A stretch of DNA of 64,000 bases from Candidatus Hermodarchaeota archaeon (GTDB lineage Archaea > Asgardarchaeota > Lokiarchaeia > Sigyniarchaeales > SOKP01), in assembly GCA_048885925.1 (NCBI GenBank), contig JBHLLG010000013.1, positions 1 to 64,000 on the forward strand. Direction: 5' to 3'. The notes beneath the pieces were generated by a model. That model saw only the letters and a program-made list of their open reading frames with translations, was not told where the DNA came from and searched no databases. Numbering within the stretch: position 1 is the first letter of the stretch; the number at the start of each line of letters is the position of its first letter. Positions 1-9,895 of this stretch are shown here, piece after piece. The position numbers and the translations under genes are program-made.

Positions 1-1
1 T

Positions 2-517
2 CATCATTATTCATGGATTGAAAGTATAAAAAGAGTAACGGGTCCTAAAAACGAAGATTATGACATAACAAATTTTACTTTTTTATGGGCGTTTGATATT
101 CAAAATAGATTATACCAATTCCTTTTTCAGAAAGAAAAGGAACAAGGAATATTAGTTGGTATTGCTCCACCGGAACTAGCTAAATTATTTTCTACACATG
201 GAAAAGGAGCTATTTTAAAAACACTCTCTTTATTAAATGATCATTCAAAGATTAAATTTCTCATGATTCTTGCCCCAAAAGGGAAATCCATTGCTGAGGA
301 AAGGCAACTCTTCCAATTAAGTAAGGAACAATATGATAGAATGAAATTTATCGACATGCTAAAAAACCAACCTAACATTTCGGGTCAATGGTTCCCGTCT
401 TATGAACCAAGATGCCCTATTTGCAATGAATTATTAATGGATTTGTCGGGATTAGACTTCAGAGTTGGATTAGGGCAATTGATTTGTCCTCGTTGTGGAT
501 ATAAAAAGTTGAAATAG
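2..517 (+). CDS. Hypothetical protein with C-terminal zinc ribbon (5'-truncated by window edge)
   Basis: The frame of ORF 263..517 is open back to position 2 (HHYSWIESIKRV...). C-terminal CPIC...CPRCG zinc-ribbon motif. Confidence 0.7.
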   Translation, partial: HHYSWIESIKRVTGPKNEDYDITNFTFLWAFDIQNRLYQFLFQKEKEQGILVGIAPPELAKLFSTHGKGAILKTLSLLNDHSKIKFLMILAPKGKSIAEERQLFQLSKEQYDRMKFIDMLKNQPNISGQWFPSYEPRCPICNELLMDLSGLDFRVGLGQLICPRCGYKKLK

Positions 518-602
518 TCTATTATAATGAACAATGAACTTTATTAAGATCTATATCATTTATTTTAATATTAGAAGTCAATAAATTAGAGATTTAATAG
601 AA

Positions 603-2129
603 ATGTACATCGCTGCGTTAGATTTAGGAACAACAGGTTGCAGAACCTTCATTTTTGATTTAGCAGGAACGATAATAGCTAGCGATTATCAAGAATGGGA
701 AAGTTATTATCCTTCTCCATCGTTTGTTGAGCAAGATGCAAATGTTTGGTGGCGTTCTATTAAAATAACTACTGAAAACGCGATTAAAAAGAGTGGTATC
801 GATAAAACTGAAATTGTTAGTCTTTCTGTCACCAATCAAAGAGAAACTATTGTACCTGTAGATAAAGAGGGAAATCCACTTCATAATGCATTAGTTTGGC
901 AAGATAGGCGAACATTAGATCAAGTAGATTACATCAAATCAAAAATAGGAATTGATAAAATTTATGAAACCACGGGATTAACAGTTGATCCTTACTTCTC
1001 TGCAACTAAAATTTTATGGTTTAAAGATGTACAACCAGATATTTACCAAAAAACTCATAAATTTTTACTTGTCTCAGATTTTATAATTTATAAATTAACA
1101 GGTAAATTCTGTACTGATTTCTCTAATGCTTCTCGGACAATGTTATTTGATATCAATGCTTTAAAGTATTCAGATGAAATAGCAACTGATTTAGAACTAG
1201 ATTTAGATAAAATGCCAGATACAATAGAGAGTGGTACTGATATAGGAGAAATTGTAACTGACGAAATATCCTTTGATAAAAAAACATTAGTAATAACAGG
1301 AGCAGGAGATCAACAATCTGCCGCTTTAGGTGTTGGAGTAGTAGCACCTGGTCAAATGAAATGTACAACGGGAACAGGAAGTTTTATTCTAGCTTATTTA
1401 TCCCAACCTAAATTCGATCCCAAGAAACGCGTTTTATGTAGCTGTCACGCAATTCCAGGTACGTGGGTACAAGAAGCTAGCATTTTTACAACTGGGGCAG
1501 TATTAAGATGGTTTAGGGATCAATTAGGACATGCAGAATGCGTAACAGCTCAAGCAGGGCAAGATCCTTATGATCTTATAACTGCTGAAGCAGAAAAGTC
1601 TTCCATTGGAGCAAATGGATTACTTCTTATTCCTCATTTTGTTGGTGCTGGAGCCCCTCATTGGAATCCTCTCGCAAAAGGTATTATTTTTGGATTATCT
1701 TTAGGCCATCAACGTAAAGATCTCTACCGAGCAGTACTTGAAGGTACAGCTTATGAAATACGAAAGAATATTGAAATTTTTAAAGAATTAGGAATTCAAC
1801 CAAAAGAGCTTATGCTAACAGGAGGAGGTTCTCGTTCTGAGTTTTGGAATCAAATTTATGCTGATGTATTAGGAATCACATGTGTTAGGAATGTTATTGA
1901 AGAATCTACCTCATTAGGCGCAGCGATATTAGCGGCTTCAGGAGCGGGAATCTTTCCAGATATCGCAAAAGCAGCTGAAAATTTATGTAAAGTGGATAAA
2001 AAGTGGCTTCCCAATGATGATCGACATAAATTTTATGATGTCTTTTATAATTTTTCGAATGAGATGTATGAATATATTCAGAGCAAAAATTTATATCGAA
2101 AATTCAATAATATAATTTTAAAACAATGA
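603..2129 (+). CDS. FGGY-family carbohydrate kinase (xylulokinase/glycerol kinase-like)
   Basis: DLGTTG phosphate-1 motif, TNQRET, WQDRRT, DFSNASRTMLF, GDQQSA, GTGSF, GGGSRS; 508 aa. Confidence 0.92.
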   Translation: MYIAALDLGTTGCRTFIFDLAGTIIASDYQEWESYYPSPSFVEQDANVWWRSIKITTENAIKKSGIDKTEIVSLSVTNQRETIVPVDKEGNPLHNALVWQDRRTLDQVDYIKSKIGIDKIYETTGLTVDPYFSATKILWFKDVQPDIYQKTHKFLLVSDFIIYKLTGKFCTDFSNASRTMLFDINALKYSDEIATDLELDLDKMPDTIESGTDIGEIVTDEISFDKKTLVITGAGDQQSAALGVGVVAPGQMKCTTGTGSFILAYLSQPKFDPKKRVLCSCHAIPGTWVQEASIFTTGAVLRWFRDQLGHAECVTAQAGQDPYDLITAEAEKSSIGANGLLLIPHFVGAGAPHWNPLAKGIIFGLSLGHQRKDLYRAVLEGTAYEIRKNIEIFKELGIQPKELMLTGGGSRSEFWNQIYADVLGITCVRNVIEESTSLGAAILAASGAGIFPDIAKAAENLCKVDKKWLPNDDRHKFYDVFYNFSNEMYEYIQSKNLYRKFNNIILKQ

Positions 2130-2276
2130 TTTTGATTGAGGATAAGACTTTCCTTATAATAATCAATTTTATATAGTTTAAATATTATATTTTCTATAAT
2201 TAAAACTTCTTAGTATTATAAAGAATAAAGCTTTATTTATATTACAGAAAGCATTAGATAAAAAAAAGAATATCAT

Positions 2277-2894
2277 GTGAAAAAAATGGAATATAATTCT
2301 ACAAGTATAGTAAAAGAATTTACCAAAAATCAAAAAATAGTTGCTTTAGTATTTTATATATTAGTTGTTTGTGCGAGTTTAATTACTATTGGAGGAGTAG
2401 TATGGACCTTTGCGGATATCTTTATCGGGACAACTGGAAAATGGGACATGTTTTTAGAGCTCAATTTAGGATATCAAATAGCGGTTATCGGTGGGCTTTT
2501 AGCAGGGTTATTTTTCCTTTTGATTTTCTTTTTTGGATTATTTAAGAAGACTTCAAAATCATTAATTAACTTTATTTATAGAAAGAGAGAAATTGAGGAA
2601 AAATACAAAAATCGCATTGATGTGAAAATTGCAGCTGGGGGATTATTAATCAGTTTAATTGGTATTATTATTGGAATAATTTTTGCCGTCGTTTTAGACA
2701 TTTTTAGTGTCTCAGTAGGAGAATCTTCTGTTTTACTGGACTTCTTAGGAAGTTGGGGACCTAGGGTTTTATTTATTGGAATTGGACTCTTTTTAATTGT
2801 AGGCGTTGCTCTCTTTATGATTTACTTTTGGAAGAATGGAAACTACACAATACTTAGACTTATAGGGGCTATAGAGAAAGAAAAAAAGAAATAA
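2277..2894 (+). CDS. Hypothetical integral membrane protein (about 4 TM, apparent two-fold internal repeat)
   Basis: Four long hydrophobic segments arranged as two similar helical hairpins. Confidence 0.75.
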   Translation: MKKMEYNSTSIVKEFTKNQKIVALVFYILVVCASLITIGGVVWTFADIFIGTTGKWDMFLELNLGYQIAVIGGLLAGLFFLLIFFFGLFKKTSKSLINFIYRKREIEEKYKNRIDVKIAAGGLLISLIGIIIGIIFAVVLDIFSVSVGESSVLLDFLGSWGPRVLFIGIGLFLIVGVALFMIYFWKNGNYTILRLIGAIEKEKKK

Positions 2895-3044
2895 ATGCCC
2901 TAAACAAGAAGGTTAAAAAAGAAATCCTCTCATTTTTTTAACTAAATCAGTAATTTTTTGCTCTTATCCTTTTTTTATTTAAAACCCTCATCTAATAAAT
3001 TCAAAGTAGAAATTTAATCAATCTAATGACGCTTATTTGATAAT

Positions 3045-4571
3045 ATGGCAATAAAAGTTGGTACGGTTTTTAATTATTTACAATTACCCAATGTTTCTAA
3101 ATTTGCGTTTGTTATTAATAAGAGGCAAGATCAAATATTTATCCAAAAAGGATTATTCGTTTTTACAAAATCCAATGAAGGGTATCTTATTGGAATTGTT
3201 GAGGAAATAGCCCTATTAAATGAATATTTCACCGATGCTCTAACAATTAAAGCCTTTAATAATAATAACAATCCAAATATTCTAAAAGGCTTATTCCCTA
3301 GCGAAGATTTTGAATATGCGATTGGTATTGTTAAATGCTTAGGGATAATACGATTTAAAAGTAAAGAAGAAAAGGAAATTGATAGAGTTCATCGAATGTC
3401 ATATCCCGCCAGTCCTGGAAAAGGAGTTTACATAGTGGAGGAAGAAATTCTCAATAAATTTCTTGGTTTTGACATGGAATTCGGTTTAAATATAGGTAGA
3501 CTAAAGGTTACGAGCTCTAACGCTATGATTAATATGAATAGGTTATTAAACAAACATTTTGCTATTTTATCTATTTCAGGAGGAGGAAAAAGTTATCTCA
3601 CATCAATTCTTATTGAAGAATTATTAAATAGAAAAAAGGATTCTGGTACACCTGCTATAATATTATTTGATGTTCATGGAGAATATACATATTTAAAAAA
3701 CGTTCCTGAATTAAAAAATAAAGTGAAAACTCAAGATATTTCATATTTTCAAATTGGAGTTCCTAAATTATTGATTTATTCATATCAGAAATATGAAGGA
3801 CAAATTTCAAATGTCCAAATGAGAGAACTTTCAAAATATATAAAGAAATTAAAAAAAGTTCCAAATAAAAAAGACCTATATACGTTAAACGATATTATTG
3901 AGCAGATAGAAAATGAGTCTGATGGAAATAAAAGTACAAAACAGGCGTTGATAGGGTGGTTATCAGAATTAGATCGATTAACCCTATTTGGTTCTCAAGA
4001 AAATCCAATCTTAGATAAAATAGTAAATAATCAAGAGATTACAATTTTTAACTTCCAAAATGAAATCAGCATAAAAAAAAAACAAATAATTGTTGATTAT
4101 ATCTGTAATAGGTTATTTTACCTTCGGAGAACCAATAAAATTCCTCCCTTTTTATTGATTGTGGAAGAATCTCATCAATTTTGTCCTGAAGCAGCGCATT
4201 CTAAAGCAATATCAAAATCAATTATTGAAACAATTGCTCGAGAAGGGAGAAAATTCATGGCTTGTTTGTGTTTAATAAGTCAAAGACCAAAGAAATTAAG
4301 TACAACCGCTCTCTCTCAATGTAACTCTAAACTAGTATTAAATATAAAAAATCCATATGATTTAAAACATCTTATGGACAGTTCAGAAGCAATAACCAAA
4401 GAATATGCAAATATGGTTTCTAGTTTAGGAGTAGGAGAAGTGTTATTAATGGGAAATGCTATAAATTATCCGATTTTTATTGATGTAAGAGAGCGAAATT
4501 ATAAATCTAAAATTGAAGAAATTTCATTAGCACAGTATTGTTTAAATTGGCAAAAAGGAGATTTAAATTAA
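3045..4571 (+). CDS. herA: HerA/FtsK-family ATPase (HerA-like helicase, DUF87)
   Basis: N-terminal HAS-barrel-like region, KHFAILSISGGGKS Walker A, FDVHGEY, LLIVEESHQF Walker B, IAREGRKF, ISQRP. Confidence 0.85.
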   Translation: MAIKVGTVFNYLQLPNVSKFAFVINKRQDQIFIQKGLFVFTKSNEGYLIGIVEEIALLNEYFTDALTIKAFNNNNNPNILKGLFPSEDFEYAIGIVKCLGIIRFKSKEEKEIDRVHRMSYPASPGKGVYIVEEEILNKFLGFDMEFGLNIGRLKVTSSNAMINMNRLLNKHFAILSISGGGKSYLTSILIEELLNRKKDSGTPAIILFDVHGEYTYLKNVPELKNKVKTQDISYFQIGVPKLLIYSYQKYEGQISNVQMRELSKYIKKLKKVPNKKDLYTLNDIIEQIENESDGNKSTKQALIGWLSELDRLTLFGSQENPILDKIVNNQEITIFNFQNEISIKKKQIIVDYICNRLFYLRRTNKIPPFLLIVEESHQFCPEAAHSKAISKSIIETIAREGRKFMACLCLISQRPKKLSTTALSQCNSKLVLNIKNPYDLKHLMDSSEAITKEYANMVSSLGVGEVLLMGNAINYPIFIDVRERNYKSKIEEISLAQYCLNWQKGDLN

Positions 4572-4838
4572 ATCTTTTAATACTCCTTCTCTAATAGATT
4601 GAGTGTTTTTGTTAAGAACTAGCATTTTTTTATTCTTTGAAACTCTGAAAACATTAATTATACCCATGCTCTCTAGTTTCATAAACAGCTCCTCTAACAT
4701 TAATGAATTCACAAAAGGAAATTCCTTCTTTAGAAGTTCCTCTAATCTTTTATCCAAAATTTCTCCTTTGTTTTTTATCATAATATCAATAACAGAATTT
4801 AAGATTGGTTTTTGATTCCAGCGATGAGATTCGATAAT
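4563..4838 (-). CDS. Small winged-helix-like protein downstream of cdc48; probable ATT/ATC start upstream of the annotated ATG (4781)
   Basis: LEELFMKLESMGIINV wHTH-like pattern. The frame is open to 4841 (IIESHRWNQKPILNSVIDIM) directly behind AGGTGA. Confidence 0.6.
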   Translation of the reverse strand: MIESHRWNQKPILNSVIDIMIKNKGEILDKRLEELLKKEFPFVNSLMLEELFMKLESMGIINVFRVSKNKKMLVLNKNTQSIREGVLKDLI

Positions 4839-4914
4839 ATTTCACCTGATAAATAAAATAAGAAATAGAACTTAATAATATAGAATATGTTCTATCTAAT
4901 TAACTTTTGGTATG

Positions 4915-7146
4915 TTATACAAACAATCGATCTTCTTTTGATTCTTCTATTCTTCTACTTTTTAGTTTGTCACCAAATTTTTCATACCACTCGATTACTT
5001 CTTTCGATAAAGTTGGATTAACCATATTTCTTGCTTCTTTAAAATGTTCTATTGAAACTTTTCTTGCTCTGATATTTTCCCTTAAAGCAATCATAGCAGC
5101 TTCTCGACACCAAGTTTCAATATCTGCTCCAGAAAATCCATCAATCATATCATTCAGCTCTTCCAACTTTATATTATTTGTTAAAGGCATATCTTTTGTA
5201 AATATCTTTAAAATTTCCAGTCGTCCTTTTTCACTTGGTGCGGGAACAAGTAATATCCTATCAATTCTACCAGGTCTTATTAGTGCGGGATCTAAGATAT
5301 CGGGACGGTTAGTAGCCGCAATTACAACAATGTCTTTCATTACTTCTAAACCATCTAATTCAGTTAAAAATTGAGATAGAACCTTCTCTGATACACCAGA
5401 ATCCGAACTATGTCTTCCTCTGCTTGGTGCAATTGAATCAAATTCATCAAAAAAAATAACACAAGGAGATGCCATTTTAGCTTTACGAAAAACTTCTCTT
5501 ATTGCTTTTTCAGATTCTCCAACCCATTTTGATAAGAGTTCTGGACCCTTTATTGATATAAAGTTAGCTTTACTTTCAGTTGCTACTGCTCTTGCTAATA
5601 AAGTTTTTCCACATCCAGGTGGTCCATATAATAGAATTCCCTTTGGAGGGGATATTCCCATACGCTTAAAGATTTTAGGATATGATAATGGCCATTCAAC
5701 AGCTTCAATTAGTTTTTGTTTTAACTCATCCAAACCACCTACCTGTTCCCAATTAACGTTTGGTACTTCTACAAACACTTCCCTTATTCCGGAGGGTAAA
5801 ACTTCTTTTAATGCTTCTTTAAAATCGCTTTTTGTAACCTCTATTTGTTCTAATAATTCTGGGTCGATCATTTCTGATTCCAAATCAATTTGAGGCAAAT
5901 ATCGTCTTAAAGCTGACATTGCCGCTTCACGACAAACTGCAGAAATATCTGCTCCCACAAAACCATGAGTTATTTGAGAAAATTCTTTTAAAGAAATTTT
6001 TTTATCAAGCGGCATATTTCGTGTATGAATTTGAAATATTTCTCTTCTACCTTTTTCATTTGGTACCTTTATCTCAATTTCGCGATCAAATCTTCCTGGG
6101 CGTCTAAGAGCAGAATCAAGGCTGTTTGGTCTATTTGTGGCACCAATAACAATAACTTTACCTCTACTATGCAATCCATCCATTAAGGCAAGTAACTGTG
6201 CAACAACTCTACGTTCTACCTCACCTGTAACAGTTTCTCTTTTTGGAGCTATTGCATCAATTTCATCTATAAAAATAATTGAAGGTGCTTTTTCTTCTGC
6301 TTCAATAAAAAGTTTTCTCAATTTTTTTTCCGATTCTCCATAAAATTTACTCATAATTTCTGGACCATTAATTGAAATGAAATGTGCTTCACTTTCATTT
6401 GCTACAGCTCTAGCTAATAATGTTTTCCCACATCCTGGAGGACCTCTTAAAAGAACTCCTTTTGGTGGATCTATTCCTAAACGTTTGAAAAGAGAGGGAT
6501 GTCTTAATGGTAATTCTACCATTTCTCTTACACGTTGAATTTCTTTATCTAATCCTCCAACATCCTCATATGTTAAATAATTAGCTCCTGTTTCTGCCTC
6601 TTCAGTAATTCGATCACTAATATTAAGCATAGTGTCTTGTTTTATAATACACACTCCATTAGGTCTCATACTTATTACTTTAAAAGTGATTTCTCTACTA
6701 ATTCCAATTGAAATAAAAATATAATCATCAAGCGTTATTGGATAGTTATTTAATTTCCTTTTAACAAAACTCTCAAATCTTGGGTTATTCTTAATTGGAA
6801 AATTTGAGGGAGCCAATACAACATGTTGAGCAATATCAGTTTTCACTTTCTGAATTTCAATAGTATCATCAATTCTAGTACCAGTATTTTTTTGTAATCT
6901 AGAATCTACGCGTACGATACCCAATCCATTATCTTGAGGATAACTAGGCCAAGCAATTCCAGCACTTTGTTTCTTACCCTTAACAGCAATGACATCACCA
7001 GTTTGGATTTTTAATTTTTCCATTGTTTTAGGATCAATCCTTACAATATTTCGGCCTATATCTCTCTTCTTCGCCTTTTGAACTCGTAAAGTAATACTAA
7101 GAGTGTCATCATCATTCTCCTTACTATTATTACCTTTTGATGACAT
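4915..7146 (-). CDS. cdc48: CDC48/VCP/VAT AAA+ ATPase
   Basis: N-domain plus two AAA modules (GPPGCGKT twice, [26 protein letters not shown]); C-terminal HbYX-like tail RLFV. Confidence 0.97.
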   Translation of the reverse strand: MSSKGNNSKENDDDTLSITLRVQKAKKRDIGRNIVRIDPKTMEKLKIQTGDVIAVKGKKQSAGIAWPSYPQDNGLGIVRVDSRLQKNTGTRIDDTIEIQKVKTDIAQHVVLAPSNFPIKNNPRFESFVKRKLNNYPITLDDYIFISIGISREITFKVISMRPNGVCIIKQDTMLNISDRITEEAETGANYLTYEDVGGLDKEIQRVREMVELPLRHPSLFKRLGIDPPKGVLLRGPPGCGKTLLARAVANESEAHFISINGPEIMSKFYGESEKKLRKLFIEAEEKAPSIIFIDEIDAIAPKRETVTGEVERRVVAQLLALMDGLHSRGKVIVIGATNRPNSLDSALRRPGRFDREIEIKVPNEKGRREIFQIHTRNMPLDKKISLKEFSQITHGFVGADISAVCREAAMSALRRYLPQIDLESEMIDPELLEQIEVTKSDFKEALKEVLPSGIREVFVEVPNVNWEQVGGLDELKQKLIEAVEWPLSYPKIFKRMGISPPKGILLYGPPGCGKTLLARAVATESKANFISIKGPELLSKWVGESEKAIREVFRKAKMASPCVIFFDEFDSIAPSRGRHSSDSGVSEKVLSQFLTELDGLEVMKDIVVIAATNRPDILDPALIRPGRIDRILLVPAPSEKGRLEILKIFTKDMPLTNNIKLEELNDMIDGFSGADIETWCREAAMIALRENIRARKVSIEHFKEARNMVNPTLSKEVIEWYEKFGDKLKSRRIEESKEDRLFV

Positions 7147-7241
7147 AAAATATCAATTTTAATTAATTTATTTTATTCTAATATTAAGAAATATTAATTT
7201 TGTAAAAATTTTTGCTTTTTTCTATTATAAGATAAATAGTT

Positions 7242-8291
7242 TTATTTAATAAAATCATCTAAAGAAACTTGAATTTTTGATTTATCTAATTTTCTTAATC
7301 TTTCTAAAGCATTTTCAACTCTCTTTTTTGAAAAATTATGTTGTTCGATGAGTAATTCCTCTAATCTTTCGAAATCGATCTTCGATGGTTTTGGGATTTT
7401 ATAATCCTTTTTTACGTTAGGATGTGAAAATATATTTTTAATCTCATTTACTAAATCTAAATCTATAATAATTTCCTTTCCCCCAACTTTTACTTCATTT
7501 TTTACTATTTCTTCTATTGTATTATATTTTTTGATCAAATCTAATGCTGTTTTTTGACCAATACCTTTTATACCAGGAAAAAAATCGGTTCCAATCAGTA
7601 TTCCCATCTCAATTAACTGTTCCCTTGATATTCCAAGATAATCTAAAAATTTAGCTAATGAAATATATTCTATATCTAAGGTGACTGTAGTATCTTTTAC
7701 TTTTCTGCTACGACTTATAGCAAAATTACGTATCAGTCTTTCTCCGCCGAATAATAAAGTGTCATAATCTTGAGAAGCACATGCCCATGCATCTCCTTTT
7801 TCAACTAAATAAGCAGATTGAGCTTCACCTTCAGATTCAGCTTGAATGATTGGAATTCCCATATAATGGATTAATTTTTTACTTTCCTCTATCATCCCAG
7901 AATCGAGGGTAGAAGTTAATTGTGCAAATTTTTTTGCTTCTTTAAAATCTTCAGCATCTTGAGCTTTAATCATTTTTTCCCTCGCTTCCTCTTTCACTTT
8001 TTTTCTCTCTTGGATTGTTTCTAATTTTAATATAGAAGGAGTACCATCAAAAACATAAATAGGATTTACACTATGCTCTAAGAAATTGATAGTTCGATAA
8101 AAAAGCCCAGAAAGATGAGATGTAACATTTCCCTGGTAATCCTTTAAAGGTGTTCCATCTCTTTGGCGAATTATTGCTAAAAATTGATAAATTGTATTGA
8201 AAGCGTCGATAGCGATATCTTTTTTAAAAAGATTTTCAAAAGTTATTGTTCTTTTAACCTCTTTTACTAAATCACTTATTTGAACGCCCAT
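7242..8291 (-). CDS. fen1: Flap endonuclease 1
   Basis: MGV start, IDAFNTIYQFLAIIRQRDG, EGEAQ, SQDYD, GTDF, C-terminal PIP box QVSLDDF. Confidence 0.97.
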   Translation of the reverse strand: MGVQISDLVKEVKRTITFENLFKKDIAIDAFNTIYQFLAIIRQRDGTPLKDYQGNVTSHLSGLFYRTINFLEHSVNPIYVFDGTPSILKLETIQERKKVKEEAREKMIKAQDAEDFKEAKKFAQLTSTLDSGMIEESKKLIHYMGIPIIQAESEGEAQSAYLVEKGDAWACASQDYDTLLFGGERLIRNFAISRSRKVKDTTVTLDIEYISLAKFLDYLGISREQLIEMGILIGTDFFPGIKGIGQKTALDLIKKYNTIEEIVKNEVKVGGKEIIIDLDLVNEIKNIFSHPNVKKDYKIPKPSKIDFERLEELLIEQHNFSKKRVENALERLRKLDKSKIQVSLDDFIK

Positions 8292-8372
8292 ATATCTATA
8301 CTTACCTTTTTATTTTACTAATTCAATAATTAATTAATATCCATCTTATATAATTCCCACGAATATATTATT

Positions 8373-8909
8373 TTATTTCTTTGGACGTCTTCTAAGTTTT
8401 AATCCGCATCTCTCACATATTTTATTCAAATCTTCAGCTTCATGAACAGTCCCACAATTTATACAATAAATTTCCCAAACAATTTTTGATTTAATGCCTT
8501 CTTTATATAACGAAGAATACGGGATATTCAATTCAGAGCATACATTTTCAATAGAATAATCATTAGAAAACAACTTCACATTTTTATTTGATTTCTCAAT
8601 TAATTCTAAGGTTAATGCTATCAATTCACTGTCGGCATCTGATAAAACTCTCAAATCTCCTGTTTTTTTTGATATTTCTTTTATCTTATCTATGTATTTA
8701 TTTTCAGGAAATTTTATCTTTAATTTTTTAGTATCTATTGCAGCATTTATTCTGTTGATGATATTACGATTCTTTTCACTGTATCTTTGATCTTTTACTT
8801 CTTTAACTATAGAAGGAGTGGTATAAATAACACCCTCAAATACATTAAAATCGATACCCATAAGAAATATATTAGTGTCGAAAATTAAAATTTGAGATTG
8901 TTTATTCAT
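8373..8909 (-). CDS. nob1: Nob1 rRNA-maturation endonuclease (PIN domain plus zinc ribbon)
   Basis: IFDTN, TGDLRVLSDAD, SNDYSIENV, CINCG...CERCG. Start taken at ATG 8909, just after the NAD kinase stop. Confidence 0.9.
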   Translation of the reverse strand: MNKQSQILIFDTNIFLMGIDFNVFEGVIYTTPSIVKEVKDQRYSEKNRNIINRINAAIDTKKLKIKFPENKYIDKIKEISKKTGDLRVLSDADSELIALTLELIEKSNKNVKLFSNDYSIENVCSELNIPYSSLYKEGIKSKIVWEIYCINCGTVHEAEDLNKICERCGLKLRRRPKK

Positions 8910-8913
8910 AATA

Positions 8914-9810
8914 TTATTCTTCAGGTGAATCATCAATAGGAACTTTTAATGTTCCTATAATTTTTTTTCTTAGACGAGTATAATAACTCTTCTTAAATCG
9001 TATGAATTTTGTTTGAGAGTTTGCTTTACGAATCCTTACTATTGTGTTAGGTGGTATCTTTTTGAACGTTCTTTGTCCATCTATAATTATTCTAGCATTT
9101 AATCGAGGTCTTAAGAGTTGAATTTCAATCTCAGAGTCCAATGAAACTATTATAGGTTTTATACCTGATCCCGCAAAACTATTCAAGGGGGTTAATTGCA
9201 TGATTTCTAAATTAGGATCGACAATTGACCCTCCTGCGCTTAAATTATAAGCTGTAGACCCAGTTGATGTTGAAATAATTACTCCATCCAAATAGCTTCT
9301 ATTTAAGAAAACTCCATCAATTTTAATGGATACCTGTAAAACTTTTGAACTTTTAGAGGAAACAATCAAGACTTCATTTAATGCATTATTCAGTTTGATT
9401 TCATCTGAATTTTTAATTATATACGCAGTTATTTTAGAACTTGCTTGTGTTTCAAATTCATTATTTAGAGCCCTTGTTAAATCCTGAAAAATATTCCGTT
9501 TATTAGATTCATCTAAAAATCCTACAGAACCCACATTAACCCCTAAAATCGGTGGAGGATTTTGTTGAGATAATCCTCCTGCAACCCTTAATATTGAACC
9601 ATCTCCACCAATAACTACGATAAACTTGATATTATCAGCTGTCATTTCGTTTAAATCCATTCCATTATGCGGAAAAATTTTTGGCGCTATACGTGTTTCT
9701 AAGTATACAACCTCTCCCTTTTGAACTAAAAACTCAAAAATTCTCTTTGCCAATTTGATTGCTTTTTCTGAATCCAATCTACAAGCTAAAGCAATGGGCT
9801 TTTTATTCAT
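8914..9810 (-). CDS. nadK: NAD+ kinase
   Basis: GGDGS, GVNVGSVGFL, ALNE, DGVIISTSTGSTAYNLSAGG. Confidence 0.95.
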   Translation of the reverse strand: MNKKPIALACRLDSEKAIKLAKRIFEFLVQKGEVVYLETRIAPKIFPHNGMDLNEMTADNIKFIVVIGGDGSILRVAGGLSQQNPPPILGVNVGSVGFLDESNKRNIFQDLTRALNNEFETQASSKITAYIIKNSDEIKLNNALNEVLIVSSKSSKVLQVSIKIDGVFLNRSYLDGVIISTSTGSTAYNLSAGGSIVDPNLEIMQLTPLNSFAGSGIKPIIVSLDSEIEIQLLRPRLNARIIIDGQRTFKKIPPNTIVRIRKANSQTKFIRFKKSYYTRLRKKIIGTLKVPIDDSPEE

Positions 9811-9895
9811 GATTTTTAAATAATTTTAAAAAAAATTCAATTTATTTTAATATTTTTTTAAAAAATAATTGAAAAATAAAATTAATTCTTTTTCT

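Noticed and set aside
3257-3275. AAT microsatellite in herA (poly-Asn)
   Set aside because: Short, in frame, and expected in an AT-rich genome.
4821-4850. C/D-box-like sRNA (GCGATGA...CTGA) on the plus strand
   Set aside because: Only 18 nt between the boxes and no C'/D' pair. It is better explained as the antisense of the SD and N-terminal codons of the wHTH gene.
4603-6343. Antisense ORFs over cdc48, and similar short overlapping ORFs in the track (e.g. 35496-35903, 48257-48574, 54224-54595, 60241-60486)
   Set aside because: They are shadows of well-supported genes on the opposite strand or frame, with Ser/Ile/Phe-rich composition and no motifs.
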